The position numbers were made by a program, and so were the translations under genes. 33,583 nt of DNA from a virus (lineage: Duplodnaviria > Caudoviricetes), in IMG/VR virus record IMGVR_UViG_3300021560_000044, positions 1 to 33,583 of that record. One strand, written 5' to 3'. Below, piece after piece: positions 8,740-15,825 of the stretch (the first letter of the stretch is position 1; every line of letters begins with the position of its first letter). The notes beneath the pieces are model-generated. The model was not told the origin of the DNA, ran no database searches, and worked only from the letters and a program-made list of their open reading frames with translations.

Positions 8740-8935
8740 CTATCACAAAATTTCCAAAAAAAACGAGAGCAAGGGGGAGACCCGCGATCGATCGCAAAGG
8801 GGACCGATGGGGGGCCTGACCCCTAGGTACCACAACCACCGCGCGCAAACGCAAGCACAAGCGCAGCGGCGAACTAACAGTCGTGTACGCAGACATGCAA
8901 GTTGTGCCTGTGCCACAAGGGTTTCTTGCATGCTA
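8740..8935. other. Putative packaging-initiation/terminus or origin region
   Basis: A-tracts, G-runs, perfect palindrome GCGATCGATCGC (8784-8795), nested inverted repeat CATGCAAG...CTTGCATG (8894-8932). It lies at the strand-skew switch. Confidence 0.4.
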
Positions 8936-9075
8936 CAAATATTTGCTCGCAGCAGAGCATGTCTTTTATGCGGAGACATGGTCATCAGCAGCGAGCGCTA
9001 ACGTCGCACAGCCGCTTGCTTTCACGCCGCAAACACAGCGTCAAATGCAGAGGTCATCGGCGGGGGAGTTTCCCG

Positions 9076-9258
9076 TTACGGCGTATCATCGGAGGTATTG
9101 AGCCAGAGTTCGCGGTCTTGTGGGGATGCTTTAGCGCGCCCGTATTTGTGGAGGAGGACGCGTTCGAGCTGCTGGCGCGGTGAGGCTTTATCGGAGGGTT
9201 TTGGGAGTGAGCGCTTTGTCCATGGGTATTCATCGGACCAGGAACGGTATTCGGCCAT
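9076..9258 (-). CDS. Hypothetical protein (60 aa)
   Basis: MAEYRSWSDEYPW..., preceded by GGAGAGAG. Confidence 0.5.
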   Translation of the reverse strand: MAEYRSWSDEYPWTKRSLPKPSDKASPRQQLERVLLHKYGRAKASPQDRELWLNTSDDTP

Positions 9259-9484
9259 TTTTGCTCTCTCCAATTACGCCTCTTTCCCTCATGAGAGGAA
9301 GGGAAGGAAGCAAGGTTTTGCTAACGCAAAAGAGGCCCTGCGGGGCCAGATGAACCAGCAGGCATCTACGGCTGTACTCAGTGCCGCTTCCGGCCGTTTC
9401 GGGCTTGGGCGTGCCTGAGCGGGGAGGGTCGGTGTTGCAGGGGGTTACCGAGCGGCTGCTTGTGTGAGGTTACGCGCGCGTAGC

Positions 9485-9513
9485 GTTTGCGCCGGGTTGT
9501 TTTTTCGTGTCAA
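9485..9513 (-). promoter_or_regulatory. Putative promoter (-35 TTGACA) heading a ~230-nt non-coding leader
   Basis: TTGACA at 9513-9508 followed by an A-tract spacer. Confidence 0.35.
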
Positions 9514-9610
9514 GCCAGAACGATGGAAGTGCCGATGGCCGTAGTGTGATTTGCGGGGATTGCGGAACGGATTTTGGGATCGTTTCGAAACTATCGGCGC
9601 GCTATACCGC

Positions 9611-9623
9611 TAAGTCATTGATT
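9611..9623 (-). promoter_or_regulatory. IHF-consensus site
   Basis: AATCAATGACTTA is an exact match to WATCAANNNNTTR. Confidence 0.55.
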
Positions 9624-9663
9624 TTGCCGTGGGGAATTTCTGCTCATGGTCAGCAATACTGTC

Positions 9664-9873
9664 CTATCTGCACGACTTGAGGTTGTGCTTGGCGGCGATA
9701 TTGGCGGCGAGAGCGCGCAGCTCGGCCTTTGATGGCTGCGGCTTGCGCTTGCCGGCGGGCGGATTTGAGCCTTGCAGGAGTTGCCAGAGGCTGGTGCCGC
9801 CATCGATACGTTCGCAGCCGTGTGCGCGCATCCTCTTGCGGTTCGTGAATTTTTGCCATCGCAAGGCGGGCAT
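9664..9873 (-). CDS. Hypothetical basic protein
   Basis: 69 aa ending ...PSKAELRALAANIAAKH.... It tiles the operon, although alternative frames exist. Confidence 0.45.
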   Translation of the reverse strand: MPALRWQKFTNRKRMRAHGCERIDGGTSLWQLLQGSNPPAGKRKPQPSKAELRALAANIAAKHNLKSCR

Positions 9874-9880
9874 CTGTGCA

Positions 9881-10096
9881 TCACCATGGCTTTGGGGCGG
9901 GGATTTGCATGGTTTCGTAGGTAGTTATGCGCGATCCGCAGCGGTTGCACCAGCGCCGGCGCCGGATACCGTTTGGTGCGGGTCTGCTATCGATGACGGC
10001 CATGCGACCGCCGCACTGGCATGACCAGGCGCCTTTGCCGAAACGGTACGAGGCGCCTTGCGGACCGGTAATTACGCGTCGAATTTCGCTGCCCAT
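9881..10096 (-). CDS. NrdR-like N-terminal zinc-ribbon protein (start uncertain)
   Basis: CQCGG..VIDSRP..IRRRRWCNRCGSRITTYE matches the NrdR Zn-ribbon/RRRR motif. There is no ATP-cone. Confidence 0.7.
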   Translation of the reverse strand: MGSEIRRVITGPQGASYRFGKGAWSCQCGGRMAVIDSRPAPNGIRRRRWCNRCGSRITTYETMQIPAPKPW

Positions 10097-10320
10097 TTTC
10101 CGCACCATCCGACGGCGGTCATTTGCGGGAAGAAGCTGTGCACGATGGGGACCATGGGGGCTTTTGCGGGATCGGCGACGATGGCGGGGGTTCCCATGCC
10201 GACGACCATGGGGACGGGCGGGTTGTGCCGGCAGAGGCCTATCTGGTTGTTCTGGGTGGTGTCTGCGATCCAGAAGCGGCAGTGGCCGCAGCATTGGTCG
10301 GGGAGGTTGACGGTTTTCAT
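10072..10320 (-). CDS. Small 4-Cys metal-binding protein
   Basis: CGHCRFW...CRHNPP...FP...GWCGKW. Confidence 0.7.
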   Translation of the reverse strand: MKTVNLPDQCCGHCRFWIADTTQNNQIGLCRHNPPVPMVVGMGTPAIVADPAKAPMVPIVHSFFPQMTAVGWCGKWAAKFDA

Positions 10321-10688
10321 TTCAGGATGTCCGCGAGCGGGATGAGGACCATGTCGATGTTGCCGCGGTCGCCGCCGTTTTTGTAGGTATTTCCGAGCTT
10401 TATGTGATGGCGGGCGAGCTCTTTAAGGCGCTCGATCGGGAACATGAGATAGACCAGCGTTTTGTCCTCGCGCAGGAGCTCATGCACCCAGTAGTCGGCC
10501 TCGGTGGCGGCGATACCGGAGGGTTCGCCGTTCTGGCGGTATTCGATGCAGATATTGCCGGTGCGTTCCCAGAGCACGCTCTCGGATTTGAGCTCGATTT
10601 TCTCGATTTTTGCGGCCGTGAAAACATCGTGCAGCCGGCGCTCATGCACCGTAGCCGCGGCGAGCTGGATGTCGAATTTCGTGTTCAT
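10317..10688 (-). CDS. Putative PD-(D/E)xK restriction-endonuclease-like protein
   Basis: IELKSE...TGNICIEY...PSGIAATEADYWVH, a common phage family pattern. Confidence 0.65.
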   Translation of the reverse strand: MNTKFDIQLAAATVHERRLHDVFTAAKIEKIELKSESVLWERTGNICIEYRQNGEPSGIAATEADYWVHELLREDKTLVYLMFPIERLKELARHHIKLGNTYKNGGDRGNIDMVLIPLADILK

Positions 10689-11062
10689 GGCGCGCGTTCG
10701 GTGAGGATCAATCTGCAGCCGTCGGGTGCATCTTCGCGCGGCGTCCAGACCATGGTGAGCGCCTGGCAGTGCTTGTCGTTGGCGATGAGGTCGCGGGATG
10801 CGGCCCAGTCGAGAACGGCCTTGCCGCGGTTGTCGAGGTCGCTCTGCGCGCGGGCGCGGCTGCGATCGAACATGATGAGCGCATCAAATTCGCCGGCTAT
10901 CTTCTTGATGCGGCGCATAGTTTTGTTGGCGATGCAATGCGTGTCGGCGGCCTGCATCCAGTTCCGATAGGGCAGCGAGCGATGGATGCGGCCCTTGGCC
11001 GTGCGCCAGAGCGCGTTGACGCTGGGCGGCATAGGCAGGTCGACCTGGTTGATGATAGTCAT
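10685..11062 (-). CDS. rusA: RusA-family Holliday junction resolvase
   Basis: LPMPPSVNALWR...DLDNRGKAVLD...IANDK. ATGA-coupled to the HTH gene. Confidence 0.85.
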   Translation of the reverse strand: MTIINQVDLPMPPSVNALWRTAKGRIHRSLPYRNWMQAADTHCIANKTMRRIKKIAGEFDALIMFDRSRARAQSDLDNRGKAVLDWAASRDLIANDKHCQALTMVWTPREDAPDGCRLILTERAP

Positions 11063-11280
11063 GGTGGGTTGAAGATTGCATTCAGATCGGGGCGTAGGTC
11101 CTTGATAGGAATGCCGGTTTTGTATGCAATTTGGATTGCGAGATTGAGGTCGATGGTGCGGGTGCCATCTTCCCAGCGCGAGATTGCGGCGTGGGTGACG
11201 CCGAGCGCGGCAGCGGCTTGCCGCAGCGAAAGCGGCGGATCGTGGCGGTAGCGCCAGAGCCTGATCGGGTGCAGTTTCAT
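11059..11280 (-). CDS. XRE/Cro-like HTH regulator
   Basis: LSLRQAAAALGVTHAAISRWEDG...LRPDL. It is the first gene of the leftward unit. Confidence 0.88.
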   Translation of the reverse strand: MKLHPIRLWRYRHDPPLSLRQAAAALGVTHAAISRWEDGTRTIDLNLAIQIAYKTGIPIKDLRPDLNAIFNPP

Positions 11281-11289
11281 CTGTGGACG

Positions 11290-11303
11290 TTTCCACTACG
11301 GTA
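11290..11303. promoter_or_regulatory. Operator copy 1 (TTTCCA-N3-YGGTA)
   Basis: TTTCCACTACGGTA overlaps the -10 of a leftward TTGACC-N17-TAGTGG promoter for the HTH gene. Confidence 0.55.
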
Positions 11304-11336
11304 TCGGTTTGTTCCGGTCAATTTGATTGATACTCA

Positions 11337-11364
11337 TTGACACCTTTTTCCACCGTGGTAACAG
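11337..11364 (+). promoter_or_regulatory. Rightward early promoter with operator copy 2
   Basis: TTGACA-N16-TAACAG containing TTTCCACCGTGGTA (11347-11360), near-identical to 15773-15800. Confidence 0.7.
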
Positions 11365-11371
11365 TCGGGGC

Positions 11372-11587
11372 ATGTCAACACGGATGCGAAACTTTTGCGA
11401 GCGGCTCGACCGCATGACCAAGCGGGAGCTCTTGATCGCGCGCGGCGTCATGCGGCACCGCTATCGCAATTTTGTGGCGCGCGACCGGCCGGGTGAGGAT
11501 GACGATGACGCCTGGCACTGCGTGCTGGCGCTGATGGAAATCGAGAAACGGCTATGCAGCGTCGACGATCTGTCCCTCCCGAGCTGA
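11372..11587 (+). CDS. Hypothetical early protein (71 aa), possibly leaderless
   Basis: ATG lies 7 nt after the -10 box with no clear SD. Confidence 0.6.
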   Translation: MSTRMRNFCERLDRMTKRELLIARGVMRHRYRNFVARDRPGEDDDDAWHCVLALMEIEKRLCSVDDLSLPS

Positions 11588-11645
11588 TCGTGGCCGCGGC
11601 GCTGATGCTGGCGACCTTTGTGACGGCGATGATGGCGATACTGTC

Positions 11646-12575
11646 ATGGCGATAACGGGCTTTGCCGGGCCGGGATTTTATTCCGCCATCACAGCGGAGC
11701 AGTACTTCGCCGATCCTTGCCCGCGGCCCTCGCTCACGCAGTCGCTGTGCAAGATTTTGTTGGAGCGCTCGCCGCTGCACGCCTGGCACGCGCACCCGCG
11801 GCTCAATCCGGATTACGCGCCGGACGACGACACCAAATTCGACATCGGCAATCTCGCTCACACGCTGCTGCTCGGCAAAGGCAAAAACATCGACGTGCTG
11901 CCGGAGGAGTATGCCGATTGGCGCAAGAAGGATGCCCGCATGTTGCGCGCCGGTGGCGAGGCGGCCGGCCGCTTGGTGGTGTTGGCGCGACATTACGCGG
12001 TAGCGCAGGCGATGGAACGTGCGGCGCGCGCGGCGCTGGAGGCCGCGGGACATTGGTGGATGTTTGATGCGCACGGCGACAGCGAGGCGATGATTGCGTG
12101 GGAAGCCGGGAATTTTATCTGGTGCCGGCAGCTGCTCGACTGGCTGTCGCCCGATCGAACAACGTACGTCGACTACAAGACGACGCAGGCGAGCGGTGCG
12201 CCGCACACGCTGTCGCGCCGGATGATCGAGTACGGCTGGCCGATCCAGGCGGCGTTCGCCGAGGGCGGGCTCAACGCCGTGTTTGGTCAGGCCAAGCGGC
12301 GGTTCTTGTTTGTGACACAGGAGGCCACACCACCGTATGCGTTGACGGTGGCGGAGCTCAGCGAGGCAGTGCTGACCATGGGGCGTAAACAAGTGGTGTC
12401 CGCCGCACGCCTATGGGAGCGCTGTCTCGCTGACAACGTGTGGCCGGCATACACGGCGGAGATTGTATGGCCGGAGTATCCGGCCTGGGCGGAGGCGGCG
12501 TGGCTTGAGCGCGAAACCGCGGCTGCTGACAGCGCGGCTGCGCCGCCTGCGCCCGACCATTTCATGGGAGGCTGA
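11646..12575 (+). CDS. Exonuclease VIII/RecE-like PD-(D/E)xK nuclease (DUF3799-like)
   Basis: YFADP..SL.QS..K..L..SP.HAW, G.LAH.LLL, R..LDWL...VDYKTT, YGWPIQAAF. Confidence 0.85.
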   Translation: MAITGFAGPGFYSAITAEQYFADPCPRPSLTQSLCKILLERSPLHAWHAHPRLNPDYAPDDDTKFDIGNLAHTLLLGKGKNIDVLPEEYADWRKKDARMLRAGGEAAGRLVVLARHYAVAQAMERAARAALEAAGHWWMFDAHGDSEAMIAWEAGNFIWCRQLLDWLSPDRTTYVDYKTTQASGAPHTLSRRMIEYGWPIQAAFAEGGLNAVFGQAKRRFLFVTQEATPPYALTVAELSEAVLTMGRKQVVSAARLWERCLADNVWPAYTAEIVWPEYPAWAEAAWLERETAAADSAAAPPAPDHFMGG

Positions 12576-12577
12576 GC

Positions 12578-12670
12578 GTGTGCTGGGTGTGGGGATTTGT
12601 TGGCGTGCTGTTTGGCACATCGCTCGGCGCTGTGGTGGCGGCGCTGCTGGTGCAGGCGCGCGAGACATGA
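12578..12670 (+). CDS. Small single-TM peptide (30 aa)
   Basis: (M)CWVWGFVGVLFGTSLGAVVAALLVQARET, fills the gap and is coupled to the next start. Confidence 0.5.
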   Translation: MCWVWGFVGVLFGTSLGAVVAALLVQARET

Positions 12671-12897
12671 TGCAGGACAGGCGGCCGATTTGCGTTCCGT
12701 GTCAGCTGCGCATGCGCTGCACAAAGAACGATTTTTGGTTCTGTGAAGGCGGGCGAGTTTGGGCGTGTGACAAATACAGTTGCGAGAATTGCGGCGCGGA
12801 AGTGCTGACCGGATTTGCGCGAGAGCCAATCACGTCGCAACATGAAAACACCTATGAGGACGCGCTCGATCATACGGGGTTGACGGTGCTGGAATGA
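12667..12897 (+). CDS. Zinc-ribbon protein
   Basis: CVPCQLRM...DKYSCENCG. Confidence 0.7.
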   Translation: MMQDRRPICVPCQLRMRCTKNDFWFCEGGRVWACDKYSCENCGAEVLTGFAREPITSQHENTYEDALDHTGLTVLE

Positions 12898-13115
12898 CGC
12901 ACGGCGCGCTGATCGTGTTCGAGCTGTCGCTGCGCGTATGCGGCGCGCTCATCACGCAGACCTGCCACATGGAACGCGTTTCGGATTTCACGACCGAGGC
13001 GATCTGCAATACGGCCGGTCATGTCATGCTGCTGTATCCCGGCGTGTCCGGCTACAAGTGCAAGCTGCAGACACGGGAGTATCAGTACCGCACCGGCATA
13101 GGGAACCCGTTCTGA
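12894..13115 (+). CDS. Hypothetical protein (73 aa)
   Basis: Coupled ATGA and TGATG overlaps. Confidence 0.6.
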   Translation: MTHGALIVFELSLRVCGALITQTCHMERVSDFTTEAICNTAGHVMLLYPGVSGYKCKLQTREYQYRTGIGNPF

Positions 13116-13333
13116 TGCGCACGCGAGACGAGCATTTGCAATGGTGTAAGCAGCGGGCGCGGGAATACCTGCAGCGGCAGGAGGTTGCCAACGCAATTGC
13201 ATCCATGTGCTCCGATTTGCGCAAGCACCCTGATTTTGAAGGCATCCTGAAAACAATGGAACCGATCGGCTTGTTGTATGCGATGCAGAACGACCTCGAC
13301 GGCGCCACACGCTTTGTCGAAGGTTTCCGCTGA
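13115..13333 (+). CDS. Conserved-looking phage hypothetical protein (72 aa)
   Basis: MRTRDEHLQWCKQRAREYL...ASMCSDLRKHP...FVEGF. Confidence 0.75.
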   Translation: MRTRDEHLQWCKQRAREYLQRQEVANAIASMCSDLRKHPDFEGILKTMEPIGLLYAMQNDLDGATRFVEGFR

Positions 13334-13491
13334 TGCGCGTGCAGCTGCTTGAGATTTTTTTCGGACTGTGCGTCGCGTTGTTCGTGTTCTTTGGTCTGTG
13401 CGCGTTGCGCACCCTGATCATCCGCCGGTTTATCGAGGAGTGTGTGGAGCAACAGGAGAGTGAGCATGGCGATACAGGCGGTTCCTACTGA
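13333..13491 (+). CDS. Small membrane protein (52 aa)
   Basis: MRVQLLEIFFGLCVALFVFFGLCAL..., TGATG coupled. Confidence 0.55.
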   Translation: MRVQLLEIFFGLCVALFVFFGLCALRTLIIRRFIEECVEQQESEHGDTGGSY

Positions 13492-13870
13492 ACTGGAAGA
13501 TGAATTGCGCATGCTGACGCGCAAGGTCGAGCGGACGGTGCCGGCGCTGAACAACGCCGAGAACATGCAGAAGGCGCAGCATATCATCAACAACACGCTC
13601 ACCGCGGCGCACGGCGACACCATCAAGGTGCTGCACAAGATGCGTGACGAGTGTCATGCGCTGGTGGCGCGCGTCGACAAGCTGGTCGACGAGCATGAGG
13701 CGATGCTTGAGAGCAAGGGTCAGAGCATGGCGCATGTTCTGGAAAGCGCGATGCAGGAGCTCAAGCGCTCGGTGGCGTGGCTTGAGGAGCAGACGCCGCG
13801 GCTGGAAAACCCGAAACTTGAAGCTCCGGCACTGCCGAAACCCGATGCTGCGTCATTGGTGGTGCCGTGA
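13466..13870 (+). CDS. Coiled-coil hypothetical protein
   Basis: SD AGGAGA, heptad-rich 134 aa. Confidence 0.7.
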   Translation: MAIQAVPTELEDELRMLTRKVERTVPALNNAENMQKAQHIINNTLTAAHGDTIKVLHKMRDECHALVARVDKLVDEHEAMLESKGQSMAHVLESAMQELKRSVAWLEEQTPRLENPKLEAPALPKPDAASLVVP

Positions 13871-14061
13871 GGTGGCAGTTGCTGATTTTAGTTTGTTCGC
13901 AACTGAACGGTCAGTGTGCGTGGAAATTCGCTGACAGTTACCGTACCGAGGAAGCGTGCGTAGTCGGCGCGCTGTCGATACCAAGTTTGGAGTTTCGGTG
14001 TCGGCAGCGCGTCGAAAGTTTATCAATTCCGCTGCCGCGACCGCGACCAAACAGGGATTAG
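13867..14061 (+). CDS. Small Cys-containing, possibly exported protein
   Basis: (M)RWQLLILVCS...YRTEEAC...FRC..., GTGA coupled. Confidence 0.6.
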   Translation: MRWQLLILVCSQLNGQCAWKFADSYRTEEACVVGALSIPSLEFRCRQRVESLSIPLPRPRPNRD

Positions 14062-14125
14062 GCCCGGCAAGGCCCGGTCTGGTATGGCGGGGTTTGGTTA
14101 GGCGCGGTCAGGCAAGGCGAGGCTT
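14061..14125 (+). repeat. 13-unit GGY-NN pentamer array (candidate VIPR-like guide ncRNA)
   Basis: ggcCC ggcAA ggcCC ggtCT ggtAT ggcGG ggtTT ggtTA ggcGC ggtCA ggcAA ggcGA ggcTT fills the intergenic gap. Confidence 0.85.
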
Positions 14126-14130
14126 AGGGT

Positions 14131-15087
14131 TTGACTTATCAGATACGCAAAGCAAATCGCGGCGAAGCGAAGCCTTTAGTCGGCATCTATGCCCAATCTG
14201 GCGCCGGCAAGACTTGGAGCTCGCTGCTGCTGGCGCGCGGGTTTGCGCCGCGCGGTCGCATCGTGATGATCGAGACCGAGGGAGGCCGCGGCGAGGCTTA
14301 TGTCGATCTGATTGACGGCGGCTACGACGTGGTGTCGATGCGCGACAATTTTGCGCCGCTCAAATTTGGCCAGGCGATCAGCGTTGCCGAGCAAGCGCTG
14401 CCGGAGGTTCTTATCATCGACAGCGCGAGCCATGAATGGGAAGGCACCGGCGGGGTGCTCGACATGGCGTCAGAAAATCAGGCCAAGGGTGTCAAGGGGC
14501 CGTTGGTCTGGCAACGTCCCAAGATGGATCATCAACGGCATTTCATGCTGCGCCTGCTGCAAACGCCGGTGCCGCTGGTCATCGTGTGCATGCGCGCGAA
14601 ATATCCGATGGTCGAAAAGAAAGATGCCGCCGGCAAGAAAGAGTGGGTGCGCAGCGAGTTGCTGGACCCGACGCAGAGCGCGGACATTCTCTATGAAATG
14701 TTTGTGCACGCCTGGATCGATCAGGAGCATCGGCTGCACGTCACCAAGCTGACGCGGCCGGACCTGGCCGATGTTTTTCGCGACAACGAGCCCATCACGC
14801 TGGCGACCGGCGAGCGCCTGGCGGAATGGGCGAAGGGGTTGCCTGCACTTCGGACGGTTGCTGCAGGCACGGAGCCGGTCGGCGTGAGCAACACCGCCAA
14901 AAATGCCCCCGCGTCGGCCGGCTCTCGTATTTCGGTTGCCAACATGGCGCGCGAGGCGGCGCAGCGCGGGCGAACGCAGCTGCGCGCCTATTGCCGCACG
15001 CTCGCCGGCGCGGACTACACGCTGGTCACCCAGCAGATGAAAGACGAGCTGGAAGCGCTGATACCAAAAGAGGACGCGAAGCAATGA
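14131..15087 (+). CDS. AAA-family P-loop ATPase (AAA_24/Sak4-like recombination protein)
   Basis: Walker A AQSGAGKT, IETEGG, Walker B LIIDSASHEW; linked to the RecE-like nuclease; TTG start. Confidence 0.85.
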   Translation: MTYQIRKANRGEAKPLVGIYAQSGAGKTWSSLLLARGFAPRGRIVMIETEGGRGEAYVDLIDGGYDVVSMRDNFAPLKFGQAISVAEQALPEVLIIDSASHEWEGTGGVLDMASENQAKGVKGPLVWQRPKMDHQRHFMLRLLQTPVPLVIVCMRAKYPMVEKKDAAGKKEWVRSELLDPTQSADILYEMFVHAWIDQEHRLHVTKLTRPDLADVFRDNEPITLATGERLAEWAKGLPALRTVAAGTEPVGVSNTAKNAPASAGSRISVANMAREAAQRGRTQLRAYCRTLAGADYTLVTQQMKDELEALIPKEDAKQ

Positions 15088-15281
15088 TAACACCGGAGCA
15101 ATATCAGAGCGTGAAAAATGACCGCGACAACCTGGTGGACGGGATGACGCGCATCGTGGCGCTGCTCACCTCGATCGCGCGCGGCGACACCTCGGACGGC
15201 ACGGCGTGGAACGGTGACGTGGTGCGCGAGCTCGCCCGCGAGTGTCTCGACAAGGTAGGCATCACATGGACCCGACCCTGA
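15084..15281 (+). CDS. Hypothetical protein (65 aa)
   Basis: ATGA-coupled, MITPEQYQ... Confidence 0.65.
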   Translation: MITPEQYQSVKNDRDNLVDGMTRIVALLTSIARGDTSDGTAWNGDVVRELARECLDKVGITWTRP

Positions 15282-15520
15282 CGCGCGACGCAAACAGCGA
15301 GCGCTACGAGCGCACCGTGCCCGGCATGGCGCATTTCTCCGGCACTGGGCCGAAAGGCAAGGTGTGCGGTGTTTGCGCGTACTGGGGTCCGCCGCCGCAG
15401 CGCCTCGGCGAGGCCTGTGCAAAATATGCCGAGTTGATGGGCGGCAAGTGGCATCACCGCGTCATCCCGTTTCACACGCCTGCTTGTAAGTACTGGGCCA
15501 AGAAAAATGCGAAAAAATGA
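15266..15520 (+). CDS. 4-Cys metal-binding protein
   Basis: GMAHFSGTGPKGKVCGVCAYW...CAKY...ACKYW. Confidence 0.75.
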   Translation: MDPTLTRDANSERYERTVPGMAHFSGTGPKGKVCGVCAYWGPPPQRLGEACAKYAELMGGKWHHRVIPFHTPACKYWAKKNAKK

Positions 15521-15759
15521 GCAAAGCCCCGCGCTCGTTCATGCCGGCGTTCATGGACCAAGCGACACTCGCCTACGCGCTGTCGCTGTCGCCGCGCACC
15601 ATTGACGTCTGGGTGGAGCGCGGATTGCTCCCCAAGCCCCTGGAAACCGGCGGCAAGCGGCTGTGGTCCTGGCGGGCGGTCGAGGAAGCCATGGAGCGGC
15701 TCGGGGAGGCCGGCGATCGCGTTGCCGAAATAGCACGTATCCGAGAGGCTCCGCCTTAG
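15517..15759 (+). CDS. xis: Excisionase/AlpA-like winged HTH
   Basis: LAYALSLSPRTIDVWVERGLLPKP...GGKRLWSW, directly upstream of the integrase. Confidence 0.8.
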   Translation: MSKAPRSFMPAFMDQATLAYALSLSPRTIDVWVERGLLPKPLETGGKRLWSWRAVEEAMERLGEAGDRVAEIARIREAPP

Positions 15760-15772
15760 AGCATGTTATTTA

Positions 15773-15800
15773 TTGACACCTGTTTCCAATGTGGTACCAT
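15773..15800 (+). promoter_or_regulatory. Integrase promoter with operator copy 3
   Basis: TTGACA-N16-TACCAT with extended TG, containing TTTCCAATGTGGTA (15783-15796). Confidence 0.75.
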
Positions 15801-15825
15801 CTAAGCCTCAACAGGGGAGGCTGAC

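Noticed and set aside
8687-9101. Several short ORFs in the skew-switch region
   Set aside because: No SD sites, conflicting frames and low-complexity translations; treated as non-coding
14061-14125. CRISPR array or coding repeat interpretation of the pentamer tract
   Set aside because: No 25-45 nt repeats or spacers, and the 5-nt period does not fit codons
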